Below, in pieces: positions 48,795 to 58,437 of a stretch of 64,000 bases of DNA (position 1 is the stretch's first letter; each line of letters begins with the position of its first letter). The stretch comes from Spirochaetia bacterium (GTDB lineage: Bacteria > Spirochaetota > Spirochaetia > CADAEX01), in contig OY759746.1 of NCBI GenBank assembly GCA_963662795.1, positions 704,001 to 768,000 on the forward strand. The letters run 5' to 3'. The notes under the pieces were generated by a model. That model searched no databases. It was given only the letters and a program-made list of their open reading frames with translations, and was not told where the DNA came from. The position numbers were made by a program, and so were the translations under genes.

Positions 48795-49907
48795 TCAGCT
48801 CTTTTTGCTGTAGCTTAAAACAGCCCATACATTAAATATTGCCGCAAAAACGCAAAGGGCGAAAAACTCTCTGTACAAATCTGAAAATCCGCTTCCCATC
48901 AGATAGACAGACCTCATCACTTCAATAAAATATTTAAGCGGATTTAAAACTGTAATAATTTTTGCCCATTGGGGCATGCTGTTTATCGGGGTAAACATCC
49001 CGCTGATCAGAATAAGTATTAAAATAAAAAAATACATTACAAACATTCCCTGCTGCATTGTTCTTGAATAATTTGAGATAACAAGACCGAAACCTGATAC
49101 GATAAGAACATATATGGCTGAAAAAACATATATTGTCATGAAACTTCCGACAGGTATCAGGTTGTAGACAAAAAACGCAATTCCGAATCCCAGTGTAAGA
49201 ACAAAAAACCCGATAACCCAGTAGGGTATGAGCTTTGCAAGTATGAAAATATGCTTTTTAACCGGAGTCACATTTATCTGTTCCATTGTTCCTGCTTCTT
49301 TTTCTCCAACAATATTGAGCGCCGGGAGAAATCCGCAGAGCATTGTCAGCAGCATAACCATAAAGGCAGGTACCATGAAAATCTTATAATCAAGATTCCG
49401 GTTGAATCTGTACTGGGGAATGATATTGATAACCGGCATAAAGGCTGATTGGGGGGAAGGATTCTCCCTCCTCAGTTCTGCGGAAAAATCCCTGATAATT
49501 CCTGCAAGATATGAAGCTGAAAGAACACCCTTTGTACCGTTAACCGCATTTGAAGATATCATGAGAGCTGCTCCCTCATCAGTCATTGTCAGGCCGCTTT
49601 CAAAATTATCCGGTATCTCAAGTATCACATCAGAGATGTCAAGCTCAATACTCTCCAAAGCTGCCGCATAACTTTTGGGAATACCGGTCAGTTTAAAATA
49701 ACCTGAGGAGACAATTTTATCTGCGAGTCTGCGGGAGTAAGAACTGTGATCATTGTCGACTATGCTGATATTGATATTTTTCACTTCGAAATTGGCAGCC
49801 CACGGCATAAGAAGCAGTGTAATACACGGAAAACCGAGGATCAGCCTCGGCAGGAACCTGTTGCGGAAAATCTGCTTGAATTCTTTTTCAATCAGGTATT
49901 TAATCAT
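48795..49907 (-). CDS. ABC-2 type permease (YbhR-like)
   Basis: KEFKQIFR, EKEAGTMEQINVTP, SGMFTPI..MP. Confidence 0.92.
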   Translation of the reverse strand: MIKYLIEKEFKQIFRNRFLPRLILGFPCITLLLMPWAANFEVKNINISIVDNDHSSYSRRLADKIVSSGYFKLTGIPKSYAAALESIELDISDVILEIPDNFESGLTMTDEGAALMISSNAVNGTKGVLSASYLAGIIRDFSAELRRENPSPQSAFMPVINIIPQYRFNRNLDYKIFMVPAFMVMLLTMLCGFLPALNIVGEKEAGTMEQINVTPVKKHIFILAKLIPYWVIGFFVLTLGFGIAFFVYNLIPVGSFMTIYVFSAIYVLIVSGFGLVISNYSRTMQQGMFVMYFFILILILISGMFTPINSMPQWAKIITVLNPLKYFIEVMRSVYLMGSGFSDLYREFFALCVFAAIFNVWAVLSYSKKS

Positions 49908-49911
49908 GCTT

Positions 49912-51048
49912 TTATTCCAGCCTCTTTTTGAATTTTTTAAGGCTGATTATTATTAAGAGAACAGCCATACCGCCGAGTATTGCTAATTCCTTTAACACCG
50001 ATGTTACCCCGAGCCCTTTAATCATCAGTTTCCTGACTGCGGCAATATACCATCTGGCAGGAATAATATGCGAAAGCCACTGTAAAAACCGGGGCATATT
50101 TTCAATCGGAAACATCATCCCGGAAAGCATCAGCACAGGCATCATCAATGTCATGCCTGAAATAAGCATGGCTGCAACCTGTGTTTCTGTGATTGTTGAG
50201 ACAAGAAGTCCGAGTGAAAGTGAGACAAAAATAAAAACAACAGAGAGGAGAACCAGCCAGATGAGGCTTCCGGCAACAGGGACACCAAGAACAAAAACTG
50301 ACAACAGGAGCGTTGTTGTCAGGTTTACGCAGGAGAGAATAAAGTAAGGAACAGCTTTGGAGATAATTATCAGGATCGGCCTCATAGGGGAGACAAGCAG
50401 GACTTCCATTGTTCCGGTCTCTTTTTCCCTTACGATAGCAATTGAAGTCATCAGTGCGCAGATCAGTATCAGTATCATTCCCATAACGCCGGGAACAAAA
50501 TTATAGGCCCCTTTCATTCCCGGATTGTAAAGAAGCTTTATTCCGCTTGTTATCTGATACGGTACATTATTTTCATTCATCAGCTCCTGCTGATAATAAG
50601 TGATAACGCCTGACGCGTAATTAAAAAGAGAGACCGCTGTATTGGGATCTGATGCATCAGCAATAATCTGGATACCTGCTTTTCCTGTATGCATAAGATT
50701 TTCATTAAACTTCTCTTCAAAAACAATTACAAGCTCTGCTTCATGATCTGTAAATACTTTTTCAATATCCTTATCACTATTAAGATAGCCGGCAAGCTCA
50801 AAATATTCACTTTCCACAAGCTGCCTGACAATACGGTTAGTCGCCATATCCCTTGACGGGTCAAGGATGACTATTTTGTTGTTTTTAATTTCTGTTGTAA
50901 TTGCAAAACCGAAAAGGATGATCTGAATGACCGGCATTACAAGAAGGATGAGGATCGTCCTTTTATCCCTTAAAATATGATAGAATTCCTTTTTTATAAA
51001 AGAACGGAACTGTATCATTTCAGAGGGCTTTTGGATATCATGCTTCAT
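49912..51048 (-). CDS. ABC-2 type permease (YbhS-like)
   Basis: KEFYHILRD, YNP, REKETGTME.L.VSP; start 51048 or 51018. Confidence 0.9.
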   Translation of the reverse strand: MKHDIQKPSEMIQFRSFIKKEFYHILRDKRTILILLVMPVIQIILFGFAITTEIKNNKIVILDPSRDMATNRIVRQLVESEYFELAGYLNSDKDIEKVFTDHEAELVIVFEEKFNENLMHTGKAGIQIIADASDPNTAVSLFNYASGVITYYQQELMNENNVPYQITSGIKLLYNPGMKGAYNFVPGVMGMILILICALMTSIAIVREKETGTMEVLLVSPMRPILIIISKAVPYFILSCVNLTTTLLLSVFVLGVPVAGSLIWLVLLSVVFIFVSLSLGLLVSTITETQVAAMLISGMTLMMPVLMLSGMMFPIENMPRFLQWLSHIIPARWYIAAVRKLMIKGLGVTSVLKELAILGGMAVLLIIISLKKFKKRLE

Positions 51049-51775
51049 TACGGACCGCCTTTCTTGCCATCCTGTGAAAAACCTCATCCATGCTTGCAGC
51101 GCTGTATATTTTCCTGAGATTTGCCGGTGAATCAAGAACTTCAATTTTGCCGTCTACCATAATTGACACCCTGTGGCAGTATTCAGCCTCATCCATATAA
51201 TGGGTGGTTACAAAAACAGTTATCCCGCGGCTTGAAGCTTCGTAAATCATTTCCCAGAACTGCCGCCTTGCCGAAGGGTCGACACCCCCGGTAGGCTCAT
51301 CAAGGAAAACAATCTGAGGATCGTGAAAGACAGCGACTGAAAAGGACAGTTTCTGTTTCCAGCCCAGCGGCAGGGATTTGACAAGTGTATTGCGCTCCTT
51401 TTGAAATCCGAGCTTTGCAAGTAGTTCATCAGTTCTCTCTTTTATTTTCTTTTCAGTCATCCCGTATATTCCGCCAAAAAGGCGGATGTTTTCATAAACT
51501 TTAAGGTCTCCGTAAAGCGAGAATTTCTGACTCATATAGCCGATGCTTGACTTGATTTTTTCCGACTGTTTTTCTATATCAAAACCAGCGACCTCTCCCC
51601 TTCCTGAAGTCGGAGAGCTTAATCCGCAGAGCATCCGCATCGCGGTTGTCTTTCCCGCTCCGTTGGCGCCCAGGAAACCGAATATCTCCCCTTTTTTGAC
51701 TTCAAAACTGATGCTGTCGACCGCTGTAAAATTCCCGAAACTCTTTGTAAGGTTTTCTGCTTCTATTACATTCAT
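51038..51775 (-). CDS. ABC transporter ATP-binding protein
   Basis: GANGAGKT, LPLGWKQK, DEPTGGVDP, THYMDEAE. Confidence 0.95.
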   Translation of the reverse strand: MNVIEAENLTKSFGNFTAVDSISFEVKKGEIFGFLGANGAGKTTAMRMLCGLSSPTSGRGEVAGFDIEKQSEKIKSSIGYMSQKFSLYGDLKVYENIRLFGGIYGMTEKKIKERTDELLAKLGFQKERNTLVKSLPLGWKQKLSFSVAVFHDPQIVFLDEPTGGVDPSARRQFWEMIYEASSRGITVFVTTHYMDEAEYCHRVSIMVDGKIEVLDSPANLRKIYSAASMDEVFHRMARKAVRNEA

Positions 51776-51778
51776 GCT

Positions 51779-52768
51779 TTATTCCAGGTCCGGCCGTCCG
51801 GATTTCATTTCCCTGTCCGCTGTACCGGCGTTTGCCGTACCACCGTCATCAGTACCGGGGCCTGTCAATGCCATAAAACAATCCTCGATTCCGGCCCTTA
51901 CAGGGGTTATCGAAATATCAGAGTGCCCTTGAGCGCGCAGATATTTCTCAAGTGTTTCAACAGAAAGTGTACCGTTAAGTACTGTTATATGATGTGTATC
52001 TCCAAAAGCAAAACAGCTTAAAACTTCTTTCTGATGTCTTATATCATTCAGAAGGGCATACATATTGCTGCTGCTGGCAGCCCAAAGAGTGTATTCGAAC
52101 TGGTCTATAATATTATCCGGCGTGTCAATCCGGAGAAATTTACCATCCTTCATAAGGGCGATACGGTCGCAGAGTCCTGCTTCATCCATATAGGGAGTTG
52201 AAACAAGAATAGAAATCCCCTGCTCCTTTAACCGCCTGAGCATTTCCCAGAATTCCTTTCTAGAAACCGGATCCACCCCTGTCGTCGGCTCATCAAGGAA
52301 GAGAGCAACAGGCTTGTGAATCAGGGCGCAGCTTAACGCTAGCTTCTGTTTCATACCGCCTGAGAGAGCCCCTGCCCTCCTCTTTTTAAACGGTTCGAGT
52401 TGTGAATAAATATCCTTAATCAGATAATAGTTTTCTTTTATGGTTGTATTGAAAACCGTAGCAAAAAATTCCAGATTCTCCTCAACAGAGAGGTCCTGAT
52501 AAAGAGAAAATCTTCCAGGCATGTATCCGATCCGGCTGCGTATTTTTTTATAATCCGGGACAACATCCAGATTATCGACTGATGCACTTCCGCTGTCTGC
52601 CAGCAGCAGTGTCGCAAGGATTCTGATAAGTGTTGTTTTACCGGAACCGTCAGGCCCGATAATGCCGAAGATTTCACCTTTCTGCACTTCAAAGCTGACA
52701 TCACATAACGCTTTTACCATACCGTAATTTTTTACAATATTTTTTGCGGAAATCATTGCACTGCGCAT
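51779..52768 (-). CDS. ABC transporter ATP-binding protein
   Basis: GPDGSGKT, LSGGMKQKL, DEPTTGVDP. Confidence 0.95.
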   Translation of the reverse strand: MRSAMISAKNIVKNYGMVKALCDVSFEVQKGEIFGIIGPDGSGKTTLIRILATLLLADSGSASVDNLDVVPDYKKIRSRIGYMPGRFSLYQDLSVEENLEFFATVFNTTIKENYYLIKDIYSQLEPFKKRRAGALSGGMKQKLALSCALIHKPVALFLDEPTTGVDPVSRKEFWEMLRRLKEQGISILVSTPYMDEAGLCDRIALMKDGKFLRIDTPDNIIDQFEYTLWAASSSNMYALLNDIRHQKEVLSCFAFGDTHHITVLNGTLSVETLEKYLRAQGHSDISITPVRAGIEDCFMALTGPGTDDGGTANAGTADREMKSGRPDLE

Positions 52769-52774
52769 TTTGAA

Positions 52775-53689
52775 TTACTCATCAAATTTGATTTCTCCGT
52801 ACATCCCTATTTTCAGGTATCCGTCATTTTTAACCGCAATTTTAAGCGCGTATACCTGATTTGCCCTTTCGTTTTTCGTCTGAATAGTCTTCGGTGTAAA
52901 TTCGGCTTTATCAGAAATCCAGACAACCTTACCGGGATACTCTTTCATCGCATCTTGTCCTGAGTCAGAAAAAACCCTAACCGCCTGTCCGATTTTTATC
53001 AGGTCAAGCTGGTCAGAAGTAATGTAGGCGCGGAGAAGCATATTATTGATATCCGCGATTTTGAACAGCGGTTTTCCGGGAGATGCGAATTCCCCCTTAC
53101 GGGAGTATTTAACTAAAACAGTGCCGTCTATCGGAGAAGTTATTTTGCACTTGTTTATCTGATCATCAAGCTGTGCAGTCTGTATTTCGATGGAAGTGCT
53201 CTCTTCAGATATACCCTTATTTGTGTTTTTTATGGTTGCCTTGTTTGCGTCAAGCTGTTTCCCTAAAAATGCTATCTGGGCATTTATATCGTCAAGCTGT
53301 TTACGGGCAGCGGCATTTGATTTAAGAAGTGTCTCAACCCTCTCCTTTTCATTTACAGCGGTTGCAATCTGCTGCTCAATAGCGGAAGTCTGAATATCAA
53401 GATCCATATACCTGCTTTCGACAGCTTTTTTTCCCGCAAGCAGCTGTTTTTTTCTGAGTTCCAGCTGAACGCTGTCTATTGCACCGTAATATTTACCTGC
53501 TTCAAGTGTCTGCCCTTCTTCAATATCAAGCTCAACTATTTTTCCGGTTGATTCTGCCGAAACAATTATCTCTGTAGCTTCAAATGAGCCGGATGCATCA
53601 TAGCCTCCAGTTGAACCGCGGCAGGAAGCAAAATAAAATCCGGTTACGGCAAAAAGTAAAATGGCAAATGGATATTTTAATATTTTCAT
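52775..53689 (-). CDS. HlyD-family periplasmic adaptor (YbhG-like)
   Basis: SGSFEATE, SPIDG, AEFTPKTIQT..ER...VY. Confidence 0.93.
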   Translation of the reverse strand: MKILKYPFAILLFAVTGFYFASCRGSTGGYDASGSFEATEIIVSAESTGKIVELDIEEGQTLEAGKYYGAIDSVQLELRKKQLLAGKKAVESRYMDLDIQTSAIEQQIATAVNEKERVETLLKSNAAARKQLDDINAQIAFLGKQLDANKATIKNTNKGISEESTSIEIQTAQLDDQINKCKITSPIDGTVLVKYSRKGEFASPGKPLFKIADINNMLLRAYITSDQLDLIKIGQAVRVFSDSGQDAMKEYPGKVVWISDKAEFTPKTIQTKNERANQVYALKIAVKNDGYLKIGMYGEIKFDE

Positions 53690-53700
53690 ACTTTAATCCT

Positions 53701-54972
53701 TCAGTTATTGGTAAGATTTTTAAGATTATAAACCGCAAGAAGAAGCTGTATTTCATGCAGGGACTTCTCCTGTGAAGCCGCATCAAAAGCATTGATTTCC
53801 TTTACAAGATCGCTGATTGCAAGTGTACCGCTCTCAACCCTGTTTTCAGCCGCTTTTTTTATTCTTCCCCTAAGCGTAATTATTTCATCATCGTTTTCAA
53901 TCAGTCTTGCAATCTTCCCGGTTTCATTTTCAATCTGATTAATCGAAAGGCTGTTATTAAAGAGGAAGGTTTCTTTTTCTGTCTCAACAGACTTTTTTTC
54001 AATTTCAATAAGCTCATAATCATTCTTAAGTGTATAAAAACCGTTTAAATTCCACAAAGCCCTGATACCCCATATGTAAAAAGGAGAAAATTCGCTGTCA
54101 AGCATGTTAAGGCCGGGCTTACCGTACCCCCCCTGCAGAAAAAACCCTATGCGTGGTGTTAAAGCGGAATAAACTGCGCTCCTGCGGCTTTCGCTTAACG
54201 CCTCTCTGGCTTCAAAAAGATCCATCTCCGGACGGCTTAAGGAATTATTAAAAGACCCTTTTTCCGGCGGCGCAGCTGATGGTTTTTCAAGTATTAAACC
54301 GGGCTGCATTGAAAGCCCTGTCAGCGCAGCAAGCATTTCCATATAGGATTTCTTCGCAGCAGCAAGCTCTATTCTCCTCTGCTCCGCATTGAGAAGTTCA
54401 ACATCAATTAGATCCGCATCGCTCTGGCTTGCTATGCCACTTTGTATATAGGCAGCAACAAGATCACGGTTCCTTTGAAGTTCTTTCTGAAGAATTACAT
54501 TCTGTTTCAGTCTTTCATCAAGCAGCAGTATCCCGAAAAAGACCTGGTTTACCCTGTCTTTAAGTTTATATAATTCAACTTCATTTCTTTGCTTATCAAC
54601 TTCAGAGGCCGCTTTTGTGATTTTCTTTTTTGAGCTGATCATTCCCCCGTCCCAGAGGACCTGGCTTATTTCCGCTGAAGCCTGGTACTGGTCCTTATCC
54701 ATTTCAGAAACATCTGCGCCCGGAAGGGTAAAAGGAAGGGAAGTGACATCTGACTGATATGTTCCCCTGGCAGAAAATGAAATCTGGGGATAATACCCTT
54801 TATCCGCATTGGAAAGATTATATGCTTCAGTCAGGGAGATAAGACCATGCTGGCTCACAAGGGGATAATTCTCTCTCGCTTTCGCATGGCATTCATCAAT
54901 TGTCAGCTGCGGATAGACACGGGCGATTAAAAACATAAATGATAATCCGCACAGTATCGCTTTTTTATTCAT
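53701..54972 (-). CDS. TolC-family outer membrane efflux protein
   Basis: A.ENYP, Q.LWDGG, GYGKPGLNM; operon context. Confidence 0.88.
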   Translation of the reverse strand: MNKKAILCGLSFMFLIARVYPQLTIDECHAKARENYPLVSQHGLISLTEAYNLSNADKGYYPQISFSARGTYQSDVTSLPFTLPGADVSEMDKDQYQASAEISQVLWDGGMISSKKKITKAASEVDKQRNEVELYKLKDRVNQVFFGILLLDERLKQNVILQKELQRNRDLVAAYIQSGIASQSDADLIDVELLNAEQRRIELAAAKKSYMEMLAALTGLSMQPGLILEKPSAAPPEKGSFNNSLSRPEMDLFEAREALSESRRSAVYSALTPRIGFFLQGGYGKPGLNMLDSEFSPFYIWGIRALWNLNGFYTLKNDYELIEIEKKSVETEKETFLFNNSLSINQIENETGKIARLIENDDEIITLRGRIKKAAENRVESGTLAISDLVKEINAFDAASQEKSLHEIQLLLAVYNLKNLTNN

Positions 54973-55043
54973 CTCAGGAACCTCTGTTACATTTTAAAAA
55001 ATGATTAACACTTTTTTATTGTCCTCTTTAAATCAACCGGTTT

Positions 55044-55664
55044 TCAGGTCCGCAGGCTTCTTAATACAACTGCAACATTCTCGCTTCTCCTGTTTTCAAG
55101 CAGTTTTTTATAGTCTCTTTCCGACAGCCCCAAAGCAGTTTTGATCACAGGTCCAACCAAAAAAAGGGCAACGTTCATTGAAATGATTGTCAGAAGCAGA
55201 TCGACAGGAGCAACAGGCCTGACTTTCCCTTTTTTAATCTCGTCTTCAAGCTCTTTCTGAAACTGCTTCAATACCGTTACAGGCAGTTCCCTTATTCTGG
55301 ACTTGAAATTCTCAAGCCTGCGGGGATTGGTTGTAAGTTCATTGAAAATTAAAAATGGTAATTCAGGATTGGCGGCAAGCATATCGAAATGAGCCTCTAT
55401 TGCCGCTTTGAGTTTCTCTTCAAAGGGCAATTCATTGTCTGTATTCTGAAGCAGCCCTGAAACAAAAAGCCGAATTTTGTTTTCGAAAACCGCTTCGAAA
55501 AGCCGCTCCTTGGTCCTGAAATAGTAGTGAACAAGCGCCTGATTGCAGCCGGCTTCCTTTGCAATGGCTGTTGTTGATGTGAGGGAAAAACCTCTCTGAA
55601 GGAAAAGGGCTTCCGCGGCTTCCAGTATCGATTTTTCTGTATTGAAATCTTTATTTATCTTCAT
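55044..55664 (-). CDS. TetR/AcrR-family regulator
   Basis: ILEAAE.LF..GF..TST..IA.EAG.NQALVHYYF.TKE.LF. Confidence 0.95.
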   Translation of the reverse strand: MKINKDFNTEKSILEAAEALFLQRGFSLTSTTAIAKEAGCNQALVHYYFRTKERLFEAVFENKIRLFVSGLLQNTDNELPFEEKLKAAIEAHFDMLAANPELPFLIFNELTTNPRRLENFKSRIRELPVTVLKQFQKELEDEIKKGKVRPVAPVDLLLTIISMNVALFLVGPVIKTALGLSERDYKKLLENRRSENVAVVLRSLRT

Positions 55665-55710
55665 ATTTAATAGCTCTATTTAATAGCTCTATTTAATAGC
55701 TCTATTAATA
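55665..55710. repeat. 13-bp tandem repeat x3 plus partial unit (ATTTAATAGCTCT) directly upstream of tetR
   Basis: Units at 55665, 55678, 55691; palindrome TTAATAG-CT-CTATTAA at 55693-55708. Confidence 0.9.
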
Positions 55711-55792
55711 AAATAATAATTTTTCCTCCTTCTGTCAATACTCCGGGATACGAAATTATTTAATGACCAGATTTTCAGGAACAATGAGCTAT

Positions 55793-55824
55793 AAAAAAGG
55801 GGGACTCAATTCTGAATCCCCCTT
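55793..55824 (-). terminator. Intrinsic terminator, minus strand
   Basis: AAGGGGGATTCA-GAAT-TGAGTCCCCCTT followed by further Ts. Confidence 0.8.
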
Positions 55825-55935
55825 AGTGAAAATTACTTTAAGAACTTTCCCACAAACGGGGAAGTATCGCATCTCCTCAGGAAATGACAGGAAGGCCCCT
55901 CCCCCAGGAATTCAGAAAACCACGACTCATGCTCA
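55793..55935 (-). ncRNA. Candidate structured RNA / attenuator (unassigned)
   Basis: 5' TTCTGAATTCCT can pair with terminator arm GGGGATTCAGAA; two internal hairpins. Confidence 0.35.
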
Positions 55936-56037
55936 AGCTTTTTATTGCTGTAATTATTCCGTTCAAATTGTCATAAAATATTGAATCAGACGGGATTTAA
56001 TGGTATTTTGATTTAAATCTATATACCCGGGAGAGCT

Positions 56038-56256
56038 ATGAACAACAAGGTAATTTTTCTAAATGGATTTTCAAAAGAGGAAGCTCTTAAAATTATGAGG
56101 GCTGTAAAAAGTACTATTGAAAACCCTGATGACACAGCTTTCTGCATGGGCACCGAGGCAAACCGCGAGTGGCTGGTGAAAGACCTTATAACAGAAGTCA
56201 GGGAGGAGCATGAATATATGAAAAAAAATCCTCCCGGCAGGAAGAAAAACGAATAA
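56038..56256 (+). CDS. Small conserved protein, DUF3783-like
   Basis: LNGFS.EE...IM..VK...F...T..N.EW.V..LI.E..EEH pattern; GGGAGAG RBS. Confidence 0.75.
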   Translation: MNNKVIFLNGFSKEEALKIMRAVKSTIENPDDTAFCMGTEANREWLVKDLITEVREEHEYMKKNPPGRKKNE

Positions 56257-56262
56257 GCGGTT

Positions 56263-58431
56263 TTATCCTTGCGACAGGGACTTTTTAATCAACTCTTCAG
56301 TTTCAAGAATTATTAGATCAGCATATTCCTCAATATTTGCTATTTTATTACGGTCTACCCTGAAACCGACAGCGCCGGGATGCCCGCCTCCGTTTTCAAT
56401 TTTAAGCTTTTCTATTACCATTCTGAGGTCAAGTTTCCGGTATTTCTGGCTCCGCCTCATACGAAACTGAATCAGGTTTGATTTATCAGATTTGTCATAA
56501 TAAACAACAAGGCTTATATAACCGGAATCTTCGGACAGGACATCAGCAGTATAGCGGGCGGCTGTAATGATCAGTTCCTGTTCATAGCGTGAATAAAGAT
56601 ATTCAGCATCTGCACTTTTTATTATTACATAACCGATATGATCGGATTTTCTTTTATTTTTAATGAAATATCTGTAGCATTCATCCTCTTCATCTGACAA
56701 ACGCTCAAGTTCGTTAAAAATATCACCCATAGTTGAAAAATTACCTGTACTTGAGTTTGTTTTCTGAACAAGAAGATCATTGAAAAGTGTGCTGAAGAAA
56801 GTATAAAACCATTTTTCCCTGTTTGACTTGAGATATTTCCCCATCTTCGAATCACTGATCATCCCTGTCATAACAGAAAGGACAAAATTCCGGGAAAAAA
56901 GATCAGGCATCTGGAATTTTTCAAGAAATGTTTTTTTTGTGCTCAGCTTAAGTGCAAAATACCCTATAAGTTCACAAGTGGAAGATGCTTCATCAACCAG
57001 GCAGTAATCCCTGTCTCCGATATAACCGCTGTCGGCTTCAAGGTGATGGTCAAGTTCGACTTTAATTATTGCGGAATCGGCAATCATACTGCCGATTTTT
57101 CCTCCTCCTTCAAGCATAGAGGGTTTGGGAGTATCAAAAACAAGGATTGCGTCAAAATCTTCAGGTATCTCTTTCTCTGATTCTATAAACCGGATTGAAT
57201 TATATCTGCATATATTAAGAAGGTACGGGAATTTATGGTGTACTTCCCTGTAAAGAACCGGACAGGCTGTTTTTGAGAACTTCGAAAGAAGCAGACTGAA
57301 TGCGACCATTGATGCGATACAGTCTTCATCAGGGTTTTTATGTCCCACAAGGAGAAATTTATCATTTTCTTCAATAACTTTAATTATATTGCGGACAATC
57401 CTGTTCTTTTCAGCGATTGTGGGAATCCTTTTCTTTTTTGAGTTAAAAAAAACAGCTTTTTCCTCAAACAGTACTGCAATATCCCGGCCTTTTTCTTTTG
57501 CCTCATATAGCGCTTTGTCAGTTCGTTCTTTCAGCTTCTCAAGCGTATCAGCATGAGATGGATAAGAGGCGACTCCGATGCTGGCCGTTACCTTTTTAAT
57601 TGTTCCGTTCATATTTTCAAGAATTTTAATCTTTCTTAGATCTTCTACCGCTTTCCTGCAGAGATCAAGAGCTGCAGCAGGTTCGGTATCCGGAAGAATA
57701 AATGTAAACTCATCCCCGCCGTATCTCGCGAGTATGTCCCCGTCCCTGAAAACTGATTTAAAAACAGGCACAGCGGAAAGGAGGACCTTATCGCCGACAG
57801 CCTCTCCATAAGCCTTGTTGAGTTTGCCGAAATTATCAAGATCCACCATAACAAGGGATAAGGGTCTTTTATTGAAATTCGCCTGGGCAAACTTGTCTTC
57901 CAGGGCATCATCAAGGAATCTTCTATTGTAAAGACCGGTAAACTCATCGGTTAATGCCCTTCTACGGGCTTTTTCACCCCATGTAACCATGTCTGATAAA
58001 AACGCGCCTGTATTCTGAAGTCTGACTGTCGCGGTTGTCAGCATTCGGTGCATTATTTTTATTGCTGTTGCGGGACTGTTATCCATCAGATCGAAAAAAT
58101 CAGCCTTGCTGAACTCAAGAAGGTTTGTCTCATCCTTTGTTGTGCAGGTTGCCGAGCGCGGCGCATTCTCAAAAATCGACATCTCCCCGAAAAAGTTGCC
58201 TCCGGTAATTACAGCAATCTCTACCTTGCTCCCGTCCGGTGTATTGACAGTTATGGCAACCTTTCCTTCGACAACAATATACATCTCTTCCCCGATATCG
58301 CCTTCATGAAAAAGTTGTTCTCCCTTCTTTTTCACCAATGTTTTCATCCGGGAATAAATCTGTTCAATTTCATCATTGTCAAGAGAAGAAAGCATGTCAA
58401 TTTTTCTGAGTATTTCAAGGCTGGTATTCAT
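56263..58431 (-). CDS. cNMP-binding + GGDEF diguanylate cyclase + DHH/DHHA1 phosphoesterase fusion
   Basis: FGEMS...PRSAT; DEFTGLYN, DLDNF, RDGD I-site, RYGGDEF; GHKNPDEDC, FDT, LDHH, SST.E, GGGHPGAVG. Confidence 0.9.
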   Translation of the reverse strand: MNTSLEILRKIDMLSSLDNDEIEQIYSRMKTLVKKKGEQLFHEGDIGEEMYIVVEGKVAITVNTPDGSKVEIAVITGGNFFGEMSIFENAPRSATCTTKDETNLLEFSKADFFDLMDNSPATAIKIMHRMLTTATVRLQNTGAFLSDMVTWGEKARRRALTDEFTGLYNRRFLDDALEDKFAQANFNKRPLSLVMVDLDNFGKLNKAYGEAVGDKVLLSAVPVFKSVFRDGDILARYGGDEFTFILPDTEPAAALDLCRKAVEDLRKIKILENMNGTIKKVTASIGVASYPSHADTLEKLKERTDKALYEAKEKGRDIAVLFEEKAVFFNSKKKRIPTIAEKNRIVRNIIKVIEENDKFLLVGHKNPDEDCIASMVAFSLLLSKFSKTACPVLYREVHHKFPYLLNICRYNSIRFIESEKEIPEDFDAILVFDTPKPSMLEGGGKIGSMIADSAIIKVELDHHLEADSGYIGDRDYCLVDEASSTCELIGYFALKLSTKKTFLEKFQMPDLFSRNFVLSVMTGMISDSKMGKYLKSNREKWFYTFFSTLFNDLLVQKTNSSTGNFSTMGDIFNELERLSDEEDECYRYFIKNKRKSDHIGYVIIKSADAEYLYSRYEQELIITAARYTADVLSEDSGYISLVVYYDKSDKSNLIQFRMRRSQKYRKLDLRMVIEKLKIENGGGHPGAVGFRVDRNKIANIEEYADLIILETEELIKKSLSQG

Positions 58432-58437
58432 ATTGCA

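Noticed and set aside
55665-55710. CRISPR array
   Set aside because: 13-bp units with no spacers and no cas genes in the window.
55763-55984. 73-aa plus-strand ORF and a 27-aa minus-strand leader peptide (MRYFPVCG...) in the structured intergenic region
   Set aside because: No properly spaced RBS (GAGGAG abuts the ATG of the short one); the region is better explained by RNA structure.
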